Assembly: GCA_958009085.1 (NCBI GenBank)
Contig: OY253686.1
Location: 682,001 to 746,000 of the forward strand
Length of the DNA stretch: 64,000 nucleotides
Reading direction: 5' to 3'
Origin: Protoeuglena noctilucae
Taxonomy: Eukaryota
In this document: piece after piece, positions 1 to 12,400 of the stretch
Layout: the number at the start of each line of letters is the position of its first letter
Numbering within the stretch: position 1 is the first letter of the stretch
Translations under genes and position numbers: made by a program
The notes under the pieces: model-generated
Told to the model about the DNA's origin: nothing
Seen by the model: the letters and a program-made list of their open reading frames with translations, nothing else
Databases searched by the model: none

Positions 1-1801
1 GGCCGACCCCAACAAGCGGGACCGCCACCGCCGCACCCCGCTGATGCTGGCCATGGGCGCCAAGGCCCGCGACGAGGCGCTCGTGGCGTTTTTGGCGGAC
101 CGGACGGCGCCGGGCGGGGACGCCAACTCGCGGGCGGGTGCCTTGAGCGCGGCGCCGTCGGCCCCAGGCACCCAGGCGCCGTCCCGGGTGCCGTCCCGGG
201 CACCGTCGCGCGCGGGGTCGCGGGCGGGGGATGCCGATGGGAAGGCGCCCGCGAAGACGGCGCCGACGGTCGACGCGGGGTCGTCGCGGCGTGTGGCGCC
301 GGCGGGGTGGCCCTCGCATGCGGCAAGCGAGGACGCGGGTGGGGACTCGGACGGCGGCAGTAGCCGTCACGCGGCGCCCAAGAGCTGCTACAGCTCGCAG
401 GACCTGAGGGGGAGCCGGGGGGAGGAGGAATCCCCCCCTCGTCCCCCGCGGCCCCGGGCGGCGTCGTCCCTGCGCACGCACCTCCTGCAGGCGCAGATCC
501 GGGCGTCGGGGCTCGCGGGCGCGGCCGCTCCCGACGGCTCCGAGGCGGCGTCCGTGTCCCGCATCGCCGTGGCGCCCGCGGTGGTGCCCCGCGAGAGCTC
601 GGCCGCCTCGGTGGCGCAGACGTTTGCGTCGTCGTCGTCGCGGCGGCCGTCGCTGGTCAGCTGCGATGGTGACAGCGGCAGGGGGCTAGGGGCGGACGTC
701 GCGAGCGGGAGCGGGGCCGAGGGGTCCCCCGGGTCGCGGCCGGGCTCTAGACGTGGGTCGCAGGCCAGCGGGTGGCTGTCGCGCATGCTGAGCCAGCGCC
801 GCGTGGCGGACGAGGGCATGGCGCTGTCGGAGGCGGAGGGGTCGCCGAGGCCGGGGGGCCTGGCCCTCGCCATGACGAGCTGGGAGTTCAAGGGCGGGCT
901 GGGCGGTCCAGTATGCGGCGTGGGCGGCGGGAGCGCGGGGAAGGGCGGCAGCAGGAAGGGCAGCTCGGGCGTGGAGGCGGCGGCCGGCACCCGGCGCGGA
1001 GGGGAGAAGGCGGGGAGTTCCGGGCAGGCGACGGACAGGAGCGACGGCGACGGCAGTGGGGAAGTGGATGGGGCCGCGCGTGGCTTGACGGTGCGGAACG
1101 AGAGCGCCGCGGAGGGCGATCGCCCGGGGGAGGCGGCGCCGCGTGCCCCCGCGGGGTCGGCGTCTGCGCTGACGGCGGCGTTGTTGTCGCGCGAGGTGGC
1201 GCCGATCGGTGCCGCGGAGGGCCTGCGGCCGTGGACGCGCGAGGGGGCCCCGGGGCCGGCCGTCGTCCCCGCGGCTCTCGTGGCGTCGGCCCAGTCCTCG
1301 CAAGCGTCCGGCAACGAGGAGCTGGAGAAGCTCGAGTCGGTGTACGGCAGCGTGGGGGCCTACTCGGGCCTGGGCTCAATGGTGGAGGGGGAGGGCGCGG
1401 GCGACGGCGGCGCGGACGGCCTGTCGTCGCTGCTGGGGTCGGAGTACGAGGGGGCGGAAGAGGGCGCGTGGCCGGGAGGGGCTGCGGAATCGGACGCGTC
1501 GGCTGGGGAGCCGGGCCCGGAGGTGCCGCAGGGTGCGGGGCAGGAGGGGGGCGGGGGCAAGAAGCCGAAGAAGAAGCGGAGCAAGAAGCGGCTGGCGCGC
1601 AAGGCGTCGAAGAAGCAGCCCGCGACGGAGGCGGGGGAGCGGCGGCCGGGGAAGAGCCCCTCTCGGAAGCGGGGCCAGCTGAGCAAGGGGCCCACGCCCA
1701 AGAAGGGGGAGTTGGAGACCGCCGCGGGGCAGCCCCGGGCCCCGGTGAGCAAGCGGCCCACCCCTAGCAAGAGCGACATGGACCGAGCCGCCCGGGGGTG
1801 A
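1..1801 (+). CDS. Ankyrin-repeat protein, 3' part (5'-truncated by window), with a long low-complexity Ser/Gly/Ala tail and a Lys-rich segment
   Basis: Frame from base 2 reads ADPNKRDRHRRTPLMLAMG...LVAFL, matching the ankyrin consensus (ADPN..D..G.TPL.LA). The ORF is open to TGA at 1799-1801. KKPKKKRSKKRLARK is NLS-like. Confidence 0.65.
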   Translation, partial: ADPNKRDRHRRTPLMLAMGAKARDEALVAFLADRTAPGGDANSRAGALSAAPSAPGTQAPSRVPSRAPSRAGSRAGDADGKAPAKTAPTVDAGSSRRVAPAGWPSHAASEDAGGDSDGGSSRHAAPKSCYSSQDLRGSRGEEESPPRPPRPRAASSLRTHLLQAQIRASGLAGAAAPDGSEAASVSRIAVAPAVVPRESSAASVAQTFASSSSRRPSLVSCDGDSGRGLGADVASGSGAEGSPGSRPGSRRGSQASGWLSRMLSQRRVADEGMALSEAEGSPRPGGLALAMTSWEFKGGLGGPVCGVGGGSAGKGGSRKGSSGVEAAAGTRRGGEKAGSSGQATDRSDGDGSGEVDGAARGLTVRNESAAEGDRPGEAAPRAPAGSASALTAALLSREVAPIGAAEGLRPWTREGAPGPAVVPAALVASAQSSQASGNEELEKLESVYGSVGAYSGLGSMVEGEGAGDGGADGLSSLLGSEYEGAEEGAWPGGAAESDASAGEPGPEVPQGAGQEGGGGKKPKKKRSKKRLARKASKKQPATEAGERRPGKSPSRKRGQLSKGPTPKKGELETAAGQPRAPVSKRPTPSKSDMDRAARG

Positions 1802-2423
1802 CCGACGATGACGCCGGCGTTGGATGCGTTCCCACGCGGCGACTGACGCGCCGGGAGGTGCGCAGGGCCGCAGCGAAACAAAACTGGCTTAGGAGCCTGG
1901 CTGGAAGGCTCGCCGCTGTCGTCCCGGTAATACCCTTTAGGATGACCCCTAGGCGACCGTGGGCTGCTGGCGTTGTGGGTGCACTTTCCGTGATCCATGC
2001 CCGCCTTACATGACAACAGGAGAGGCAATGGCGACTCTCTGTTCATTCTCTTTGCCACCACCGCAATCCTATTTACTGCAGGCCTGTCCGTCTTAGAAAG
2101 ATGTGTTCGTGCGAGACGATGCTTGGGTTGCTGTGCACGCAATGGTACCCAGGATAGAAGGCGAAGTAGTGTCGGGTCAGTGCTCTTGTCGATTCGCAGT
2201 GCCTCGTTGCCGAATGTGGACCCGGCGACCTTTTCTACCGCCACGCGGCCGTGCGCCGCTTTTTTTCCAGCCAGGTATCGAGCAGCATACTGTAGTTCCA
2301 ACGTCGGAGAACGCAGACAGCGACCGATGTCCGCATCGGAGGTCACGCGGCTCGCACGAAGCAGCTTGACTCACGCAGAGGCAGCCCCGCTGGCGCAGAC
2401 GCGCCTGGGCTAACAAGAGAGCC

Positions 2424-5400
2424 CTACCTCGGCTGCCGGTCGTACCCTGGCACGCGCCACTTAATGGCGTCCCGCACCGCCCCATCGGTGAGGACCTGCC
2501 ACTTGGGGGCGCGGCCCGGCGCCAACGCGGCCGCCCATCCCAGCAGGGAGGGCAGCCACCCGCCCTGCGTCTGCTCCCCCACTGCGGGCAAGCGAAGACT
2601 GACGCACGTCGCGCCACCCTGTGCTGCCGCCGTGTTACACACTGCCGCAGTGTGTACCCAGTCCGCCGGCACCGTCATGCTCGCCTTTCTTCCGGTTCCT
2701 CTCCATCCACTCCTCCGCCTCAGGGAGGCCCACGAACGCCACCGCAGTGAAGAAGGCGTTGGCCAGGCACTCGGGCAGCACTGAGACGCGGGGCTCTGAG
2801 GAGGCAGGGGCATTCGAAACGAAGCTGAAACACACATCGCAAGGTTTGCCGGCGAACACACATGGGCCCTTTAAATCACTGGCCCATCGCAGCTGGGCTC
2901 ACCGTGGTCGGCAACGGCTTTGGATGCCCGCACGAACTCAGTGAAGCACTCGGTGGCCATGCCAGGGAGCGGCGCGTATATCTGGCTGCGGGCGGGGCAA
3001 TGTAAAAGTCGTGGCATCTATCCAAAGCCGAGAGCAACGGAGAGTATGTCATGCTGCCCACGACAGGCCTGCTCACCACAGCGCGGCAGAGGCAGTGAAG
3101 CACGCGGTGGGGTGCAGCCGGGGGAACACGCAGACGCGGAAGGCGCGCTCGGCATCCACGCGGAGCCCCAGCCGCAGCGCCAGGAGGCCCAGGTGGAGCC
3201 AACCGGACTGCGCGCGATAGGTAGGGTGAGCGGAGTCGCAAGGGTCTTTGAACCGCACAGTCACCATCCTTGCCCGACACCCTCGTGTCGCCCTCGCCTG
3301 TGAGTAGGCTGGCCCCACGCGTGCCACGTCCTGGTCGTCGTCCACGCGGGGCGCACCCCGCCTCGCCCCGTCCACCAGGCCACCCCACGAGTTGCCCGAC
3401 TCGGACCCCTCGTTGTACCGGCGGTCCACCTCGAGCTGCAGCCACGGGTGCCAACACACGATGGGGGACTACTCCTGTGCCGCACCTGAGGGCTCTGTTA
3501 TCCGCCCACTCACCCTGCAGCTCTGCTCCTCCTCCGTCTCGTCCCACTCATTCAGCGCCTGCACGTCGTTCCACAGTGCCACGCACACCTCGTCAAACCA
3601 CTGCGGGAGTCGGAAGTCGACCCAGTCGTTGTTCCCTAACCTCTTGGCAAAGCAATCGTGCGTGGAGTCAGCCACTTACCGGACTGATAGGGACCTTGGC
3701 CAGTGGCACATCCACCTCCCCCCCACCGTCGGCACCCTCCCCCTCCTCCCCGGCTAAGCTGCCACCCCCTGGCGCACCAGAGATGACCCGCACGCTCCCC
3801 GCGCTCTCGCTCCCAGCCTCGCTCGCTCCGACACCCTCCGCAGTGCCCATCACTTCCAGCCTCGGCCCTGGCCCCGGCCCACTCGCTTCGCTGATTTCTG
3901 CCCCGGGCCTCCCTTCAGGGAAGCTCCTCACTTTTGGATCCACCGACCCGCGTGCCCCCCTCTCTTTGACCCGCTCCCTCGGTGCTGTGCCCTCGCCCCC
4001 ACCCTCATCTCCGCTCTCGCTTGAACGCGTGCCCGCCGACTCCGCTTGGCCTCTGCCCTCACCCACGACCTTCCCTCGCCCCGCACTGGGACGCCCCACC
4101 CTCCCCATCCCCAACGCTGCCAGCGCCGATCCCTGCAGCTTCGCCCCGACCCGCCTCCCGGCCCCTGGTACAGTCGTGCCCCTGGCATCGCCCATACCCA
4201 CCTCTGCGCTCCCCTGCGCCCCTTCCCTGTCCCCCTCGTCACTCTCCCCGCCACTCTCGTCCTCGCTGTCGTGTCCCCCCCCTCTGGGCCGACTGACGAT
4301 GTACTCCTCACCCTCATCCCCCCCAATCCCACTTTCGTCATCCGTGCCCTCGCTGCCATCGCCCGACCCCTCCTCACCCCCCTCGTACCCCTCCGGCCTC
4401 TCCCACTGCGTGACCCCCAGCGCCGCGTTGTGGTAGTACCTCTGCCCCTCCGCTGTCACATACGCCACCCACGCGCTGGCAGCATCCGAGACGGCAGCGG
4501 TCGGCGACTCGGCACGCTGTCCGGACTCGGGCGCCCTCCCCGCGCCTACGTCCTCCCCGCCAATTCTCCTCCCTCCACCTGCTGCCCTCTCTGCCATTCC
4601 CCCCCGCCCCCGCACCCCCTTCGCCCTGTCCGCAATCGCCTCCAGCGCCCTCCCCAGCTCCGCCAGCTCCTCCCGCCCCCCCTCGGCCGCCAGGCGCCCC
4701 AGCTCGCCCGCGACCCTCGCCTGCGTCAGGTCCCAGAACAACACCCCCCGGCTGCGGCCCACGTGGGGGTCCCGGCGGCCCTCGCCCTCCATGCCACCGC
4801 GCTCGCGGCGGCCCACGTGCCTCGCCGACGCGTCACCCACGTCCTCTCGCTCCTCCTCAGCAAAGGCGATCCCAGCCGCCCCCTCCGCCTCTGCCCGCCT
4901 GCCCCCCCTGCCCCCGCCTGTGGCCCTGGCCTCGTGCCTGGCGAACGCCCCCTCCTCCTCCGCGCCCTCGTCCTCCTCGCCCCGCCCCTCGGCCCCGTGG
5001 CTCTCCATCAGCGACTGCCCCATGAGGTCCGCCTCCATGAAGAAGCACGCGGCCCTGGCACGCGTGAAGGCCAGCCACCCGTGGCGCTCCACCACCACGG
5101 CCAGGACGTCATACACGGCCTGGATGGCTGCGGCAGTGGGAGAGATGAAGTGGTCGGAGGCCAGGCACGCGACGAGTCGGTAAACAACGGACGCGGCAGG
5201 CAAAGAGGTCGCATGCGGGATGGCCTAGGGAGCAACACGACAGGCGCCGAGGCACACGGCATCCGGCGCTGCCGACCCACCTGCCGGTCCCGCCCGCGAC
5301 ATGGCCACGCGGGGGCAGTCGTCCAGCACCCAGTGTGCGGCAGGCATCAGCTGCGCGCCCGGCAGCGTCGCCAGCCGCTCCGCCCCCGGCCACATCAACT

Positions 5401-7539
5401 CCGCAGCCACAACGTCCGCTGCGGCCTTGGTCGGGGCCGGGACGAGCGACGCATCGTAGGCGCCCGCGTGCGTGGTGTCGAAGGGGAGCGGGCAGGCGGT
5501 CCCCAGAGCCGTAATCGGGTCCGGGTTCGGAGGCGGGGGGCAGCTGTCGAGGATGTGGAGGGCCGAGTGGAGGTGGCCGGCGTCGAGGTCCAGGCGGGCC
5601 GAGAGAAGCCACAGGGGGCGGGCCGGATGGGGCAGCGCGGCCTGCGGGGACGGAGCGTGTGCGGAGGATGCCTGTGGGGTGCACAGCTGTACATAACTGT
5701 GGCCGCAAGCGTCACAGACGCGCACCTGCAGCTCCCGCGCCGCGTCGCAGCACTCGGCCGCGCCCTGGGCGTCCCCTCCCGCGAGCCTCGCCTCGCCCAT
5801 GGCCACCTGCAGCGCCTGGGCTGTGGCAAGCAGGCCCTCTGCCTCCTGGTCCACGGGGCAGGCGTCCCAGAGGGGGCGCAGAAACCTCGCGCACCCCAGC
5901 CGGCGCGCCAACTCTGCGGAGGAAGGGGAAGAGGCGGAAGCACGCTGGCGTGCACAGACCACGTGTCCCCACAGGCGCATGGGCAGTCCACTTCGCGCGC
6001 TCTTCACCCCGCTGCGCCCCGCCCGGCCGTCCCAGACAGCTCCCCGGGTCCTCGCACGCCGTCAGCGCCTCTTCGAGCAGGTGGTAGCCCAGGTCCCGGT
6101 CCTCCACCTGCAACCACGCGTCGTCGGCAGCGCTGGCGTCGCCTCCCCCGCGGCCGCCATGCTCGGGGGTATCCGAGGTGTCGAGGGCGCCGTCGCGGAG
6201 GGCGCGGCTGAGGGGGAGGGCCGCCGAGGGCCACAGGGGCGCGAGCTGGGCCAGGAGGCGCGCCCCGGCGTCGCGGCTGCGGGAGCGCAGCAGGAGGTGG
6301 GCGAGGGCGCAGGAGAGGGACTCCATCTCGGCCGCGCAGCTCCCGCGGGCGTCGTCCCAGGGCGCGGCCAGGCGGTGCTGGCGGGCGGCCAGGGCCCCCG
6401 ACTCTGCCAGGGCGACCAGGGAGGCGTGGAGCACGCGGGACTCTGCAGGGGCACGGGGACAGGTCCTAAAAAGGCGCAGGAGACGCGAGGGAAGGGGGCA
6501 AGACAGCGCCGGGCAGTCACCGTGCCGGGGGGACTCGAAGAGGGGCGCAAAGACGCGGACGGTGGGGTCTGCCTTGGCGGCCGCCGGGGCGTCGACCATC
6601 AGCCACCGGGCGGTGCCGGACACCACGGCGCCGGACCACCACGCGGGGTCGACGTTGGGCGTGGCCCCTGCGGGTGTCTGCGCCTTGCAGGAAACGCCCC
6701 CCGGGAGGAGCATGGCCACGCGGAGGTCCGTCTGGCTAAAGGCGTCGTAGGTGCAGTAGACGCCGCCTGTGATGCGCAGGGTGCCGCGCAACTCGTGCGT
6801 GCGCGAGAGAGCCGACACAATTGCCCCAGGAACGCTGCATGGGGTGGAGGGGAGGCACGGTTACCGTGGCACCAAGAAGAAGTGAGGGTTCGAAGTGCGG
6901 GTCCTGGAACACTCTTACCCGGCCTTGGCTGCGGCCACCTGGGCGTTCACGAGGTCCGCAAAGTAGGCCGCCACCTCCGCCTCGCTCACGGGCAGCTTTC
7001 CAAGGACCCTGGGGGAAGGGGTTCAGGCGCTGCCTCCAGGGAAACGGCACTCGCGGACGCACGCGCCGCCATTGCAAACAAAACCGTTGCCGGAAGGCAG
7101 TCGCGCGGGCCCCGAAGCCGCGCGCACCAATGGTAATAGCCTTTGGGCTCAGGCGGGGGCTCGTCCTGCGCCGCATTCTCCTCAGGAACGCTGTCAATCT
7201 TCTGTACCGGCGAGGAGATTGCGATGTGTCATGCGCGCGGGCATCGGCATGGCTAGGAGCGCGCTTGGGAGAGTCTTCGCATGGGATGCGATCACGTCCT
7301 TTGAAGCTCCAGACGGGTAAGCGCTAGCCGACGCCAGCAGCCACGCCAGTGCTGAGGTCATGCTCTCCGGCATCGACACGAGCGCTGCTGCGCCAATTTA
7401 TCCTCGCCTGGAGCCACACCAGGTCGGGCGGGCCGACGCAACCCTCGCGACGGGCACGCGCGATGGCGGCATCCCGCGCGAGGATGCTCTCCCCAAACTC
7501 CGTCTCGACATGCTCCACAAGTCCCGGAATGGCGGCCAT
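2424..7539 (-). CDS. ChAPs family (Chs5p-Arf1p-binding, Bch1/Bud7-like exomer cargo adaptor) with inserted WW domain; multi-exon
   Basis: Collinear ChAPs-like blocks: EFGESILARD..GPPDLVWL; ITGGVYCTYDAFSQTDLRVAMLLPGGV; ALHILDSCP; AVYDVLAVVVERHGWLAFTRARAACFFME; WFDEVCVALWNDV; WLHLGLLALRLG..AERAF; C-terminal WRVPGYD. ATG at 7539, TAG at 2424-2426. Confidence 0.75.
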
Positions 7540-7986
7540 TAGACTTCATAACAACCTTTCCATTAAGAATAAGGGTGGGGAACCCGGTGTCACCGGGTCG
7601 CGTGCCAGCGTTCCAGTTTGAAGATGCCACGCTGAAGAAGACAAAGCAGAGAAGCGCCGCGCGGGCTGGTGCGAGGGCAAGTTGAGTTTCTCACAGACTG
7701 ACCCTGCGGCACGAAAGCTGCGCTTGCCAATCTCAAGCGAAGTGGGGCCCCCGCCATTGTCAACACCACCTCTCATGTTTTTGAGGGTCACCTGTAGAAG
7801 CAGGAGTTGCCGTGTCTTGCCGCGTACCCTCCAAGGACAACACGGCGAGCCTGGGTGTTTCAACTGCCCATCATCGCCCTTACGCTCTTACTCACTAGAC
7901 GCGCCCCCTTCCGCATGATTGATGCCGTGCCTGCACGTCACGCGCTACGACGGACGTGGTGAGCGCTTGGCGGCCTCTGCAGGTGC

Positions 7987-9468
7987 ATGTCCGTCATGGT
8001 CGAGGAGACGAACAGCCTCCCTCATCACCCTCGTCTTGTACCTGTCGCATCGTCACATCGCCTCTGGTGTCTTCCATGCAGGCTGGGCCGATGGAGAGCG
8101 CTGACACCGCGCAAAGGGTCTTCTGCTCTCCCTCCTGTGCGCGCGGCGCCGACGTCCCATCGCTCTCTGGCGGATGCTGCAGCGGGGGACGCCCGCCTGG
8201 GCTACGCCGACCTAAAGCGAGCCGCAGCGTTCGCGCGCCTGTCCGGGCTCTGCTACCTTCCGAGGGCACGCGTTGGCCATGCTCTGAGCGACCTGCATGG
8301 CACGCTCGTCGCCGCTGGCTCCACTCCCCACACCTCGTGGATTGTCGCCGACTGTGATGTCCCTGTGCCCCCCGAGGGTGGCGCCAGCGTCTCCAGCCGG
8401 ATCCCGCACCGGTGCGAGCGCGTCGTCCTGTTCCGCGGCGCGTCATGGAACGCCGAGCAAGTGGATGCGTGGGCACTCTGGCGGCGCCTGGGGGACTTCT
8501 GGCCCGCCGACTTCTTGCCGGATCGCACGCAGCCCCGCGGCGCCCTGGTCGCGCACCGCGGCATCGCGGGAATCCTCGACGAGGTGTGGCCAAGCGTGGC
8601 GCCCCATCTGACGAGCGTGGCGAGGGAAGCGGAGGAAGAAGGCACTTCGGCTGAAGGAGACCGGCCAATGGGTGCCGTCTCCTTTGCGGGCCACTCTTTG
8701 GGCGGGTCGTTGGCGCTCCTCGCCGCAGCGCGGATGCAGCTGGACCTCATGCGCCGCACGGGCGCCTTGCCGTGGGTGTACCAATTCGGGGCCCCGCCGG
8801 CCCTGGCCCACAAGGATGGAGGCGGGGCGCTCCCGGCAGCGGCTGCCGCGGGTCTCGACCCGCACTGCACCCTCTCCTTTGTTCTGGACAACGACCTCGT
8901 GCCGCGCGCCTTCCTCCACGTCGACCCCGGTGCGGCTCCTACCACTGCATGCATCACCGAGGTCATCTGCGAGGCCATGTTCCAACGCGTGGATCAAACA
9001 CGATTCCACTGTCGACTGCCCGCAGTGTACCGCGCGCTGCTCTCCCGCGCCCCGACCTCTGTGTCGCAGCTCATGCGGCTGCGGGAGTACCTGTGGGGCC
9101 CCAACGTGCCACTTTCGTCCCGGCGGTTTCTCTTCGAGTGCACGGGCCAGTCGCTGCTGCTGCGCTGGGACGAGCGCCTCGGCTACCGCGTTCAGCGCGT
9201 GCATGAGGAGCAGGTCGGGAATATGCTTCAGATCGAGGTCAAGGAGGGCGTGGAGGGCGTGTGGCAGCTCGTGCGCTCGATCCTGGTGAGAAAAGTGCAT
9301 GGACGATGCACTCGATGGGCGCAAGGGGTACCAGGCACGCAAGCTGCATGCAGTAAATAACAAAGCAGGTGTCATGGTCGCCTGCCTCAGGACCACCACC
9401 ACGGCTCATACGCCCAGGAGCTGGAGATGGCGGCATTAGGCCTGCAAAGGACGGGAGGGCGGGTGTAG
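7987..9468 (+). CDS. Class 3 lipase (phospholipase A1/PLIP-like); start approximate
   Basis: FAGHSLGGSLA nucleophile elbow, VAHRG, YQFGAP, FVLDNDLVPR (catalytic Asp). The last exon from 9391 gives DHHHGSY (catalytic His). TAG at 9466-9468. Confidence 0.85.
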
Positions 9469-12400
9469 CTCAACGGCAAAGGCGAGGCGGAGGCGGCTGG
9501 GGAGGGCGCTGCTGCCTTGCGCGGGCGGGGCCGACGGCGCTGCTGCTGGGGGAAGTAGCGCGCATCGCAGGCGCTTGTAGATCGCCGCGCCACGTCCTTA
9601 GAGCCGTCGGGTAGATGTGCGTACGCGCACTGGTAGGTATTTCAGCGTTTCGCTGAGTGTTAAACTGGTTGTGTACTTGCAAAACCCGGCTCGCACCGCG
9701 GAGTGCCGTATTCGAGGGACGGTGAGTTGTCGTGCGACAGACGGTGCGATCGATGCGCATAGCGTCGCGTCTCGCTCCCGAGGAGCGCGGCTTCCGGCCA
9801 ACATTGGACAGGCCGTTTCCGCATTGGCTGCGTCTTTCAGGAGCCCCACCGGATCAGGATAGCCGTCATAAGTGAGCATGAAGTGCAGAGAAGCAGTCGG
9901 CAAGGCAAGTCGCGGCGGATAGCGGGGCGCGCGCGGAGGAAGCAGCACCCCCCCACGCTGCGCTGGACTCCCGCCTGCGCAGGCGTGGAGAGCCATCTCC
10001 CGACGGGACAGCGACGCCGCCAGCCGTTAAAAAGTACAGTTTGTGCTGACGGGCCTCCAGCGTGGCCTTCTCGTGGACACGGCGGTCAAGGCGGCTCTGA
10101 TCAAGGCAGTGCTGTTTGGCGTGGTCCTCCGCTCCCTGATCTCGTGGAAGTCGTGGCGCACGCTGGCCCAGGGAAGCCCCATGGGCATCGTGCCGTGCGT
10201 GGATCCGGAATGCCACGGCATGACCATGCTCTTTGCGTGCGTCGCCCTGGCCACCGCGGAGGTAAGAGCTCCCCAGTCATGCCGCAAGGAGGTATTGGAA
10301 CGAGGCAGCAAAAGCGATTTAAGTGACAGATGATGAGTTTGTCCTTCTGCAGATGGCCCTTCTTTCGCTGGAGCTGCTTCTCCTCCTCTTCCCGGTCATG
10401 GTCGTGCGCAGGAGGACTTTGGAGGTTCTGCCCCTTCTCGACAGCGTCTACCTGCTGCTCCTCCAGTGGCGCAAGTTTTCGGGGACGAACTACATGTCGC
10501 GCCTGCGGCCCGGTAAGTGAACAACACCGGTGTTTGGGACGCGTGCGTGGCAGACCCCTGATAAAAGACTGCCTCGCCCCTGCAGGGCTTTCCGTCGAGG
10601 CCGGCATGGTTTCGATCTTCGGGCTGGTCTACGCACTCTCGTTTGCCGCGTCGCCGTCCCGTTTCGCAAAACCGGCCGGCGCTGCTTTGGCAGTGCTCGT
10701 CGCTGTGGGGCTGGTCGTGGGGCAAACCGTCGTGCAGGCGCAACTGGGCTTCAGACACGCTCCTGGTATCGTGGGCATCTTCCTGAAGCCCGTCCTTTGG
10801 GCAGTCTTCTGCTTCGCATCGTGGGTCCTCTGCAGTCCCCGCCCATGGGGCCGTCCTCACTCCAAACAGCCATGCACGAGCACCAGCAGATCGATTAGGA
10901 GAGCCCCCCCTACTGAGGCTCTGTCTTTCAGCCATGGCACTGCCGGATCGCTGGAGATTTCCATCGCTTCAACGACAGGTGCCAGGCCTGAGAGTGCAAG
11001 CCCCGTGGCATCTTCAAGGCAGCATGTCGAGGACAAGGCCCAGAAGCCGCTTAGCTGGATTGGACCCATCCGAGCTGCCATCGACGACGACATCCTCATG
11101 CTATGCGTGCTGTTTCCCATCAACTGGGCCGTCTTTGCCTTCATTGTCGCTGTGGTGTTTTGGCACCTGGCGTACGAGATTAACACGGTGAGGAAAGGAT
11201 CGACAGATGCCAAAGGCTTTTGTCTTTTACCGGAGAGACCCCTTCCGCGTGAATGCAAACTCAGGTCCTTGCACGCCACACCCGGTGTGTGCTCCACATG
11301 CCACCTCCACATGGCAGCACTGAATGGTGCCCAGACGCCCCTGGCGCTCTCGACAACGTGCTGGCAGTGCTCGTTGTCTGGGCCTTCTTCTTGGCTTTTG
11401 GGGTGGGAATCCGCATGGCCAGGTAAGCGTCGTTGCGGAAACGTCCAGAATGTGTGTGTGTGGACAGCGCCAAGTGCCCGCCTCGAGAACCTGTGCTGTC
11501 AACCTTTTCAGGGTGACGGCCTACCAGCGCGACGCCCTCCTCGAAGACGTGGTGCCCCAGGAGGTTGCGGACACCTTGTTGCACGAATTCGCTCGTCAGC
11601 AGACCAGGGGGCGGGCAAGGGAAGGTGCCCTTGGCGCCCCGGCACGCCCGGCTCTACGTGAGTGCCCAGCGTCATCCAGCATGGTATCGATGGTTGCGAG
11701 GCAGTGTGCGAAATAGTTTTTACATTTTTACACGATTGCTTCTTCTGCCTTACAGCCCTGGAAATGCACAAATCGGAGACTTTGACCAAGGAGGCGAAAC
11801 AGTCACGGATAGAAGGCAACGACTTAGAGGAGCAGCACAGTCAAAGTCACGCAAACGTCGCCGCCGACATCGCAAGTGCGCATTGAACTCAGCTTGGGGC
11901 AGCAATCCACGCGAGCGCCAAACGTGCACACACACAGCACAGGCGAAAGGCACTGAGCGTCGTTACCGGACAGATTCCGGAGACGGACGGAAGTGAAGCG
12001 GTTTCTGGTCCATACACGAGCTGCACCGACAAGGCAAGTCATCAGATATACAGCGCTCGATGCATGTGTTGCCAATCAACTTGTGCGGGGAAAGGCGACC
12101 TCGCGGCATCATTTTTGCGCAGACTGGCCTGGTGTACTTCCGCGAGCACGACGACGTCTCGCTCATGTTCAGCGACCTTGTGTCCTTCACTGAGGTGAGC
12201 GTGGTGTTTCTTAAGGACGGTGTGGGTAAACAGCATGTCGTTTCGCCCTGCAGACCAACATTCTCTCCTTCCATCTCGCACGGCAGATGGCCAGCACGAT
12301 GCCAGCCCGAGACGTCCTTCAGACCCTCCACGCCGTCTTCAGCATGCTGGACCGCGTCTCCGATGCTCTGGGTGCCCACAAGTACGAGACTGTGGGTGAG

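Noticed and set aside
4046..6211. Long antisense and alternative-frame ORFs (721 aa here; also 29795-31423, 39296-40879 and many others)
   Set aside because: Shadow ORFs expected at high GC. They are Arg/Pro/Gly-rich, have no recognisable motifs and overlap genuine genes.
9466..10030. TAG aligned to CAG and an in-frame TAA, suggesting the TAR=Gln code of some ulvophycean algae
   Set aside because: TrmA, SAL1 and ChAPs end in TAG where homologs end, and I saw no in-frame TAA/TAG inside conserved exons of LST8, GLYK or PGRL1. The standard code fits.
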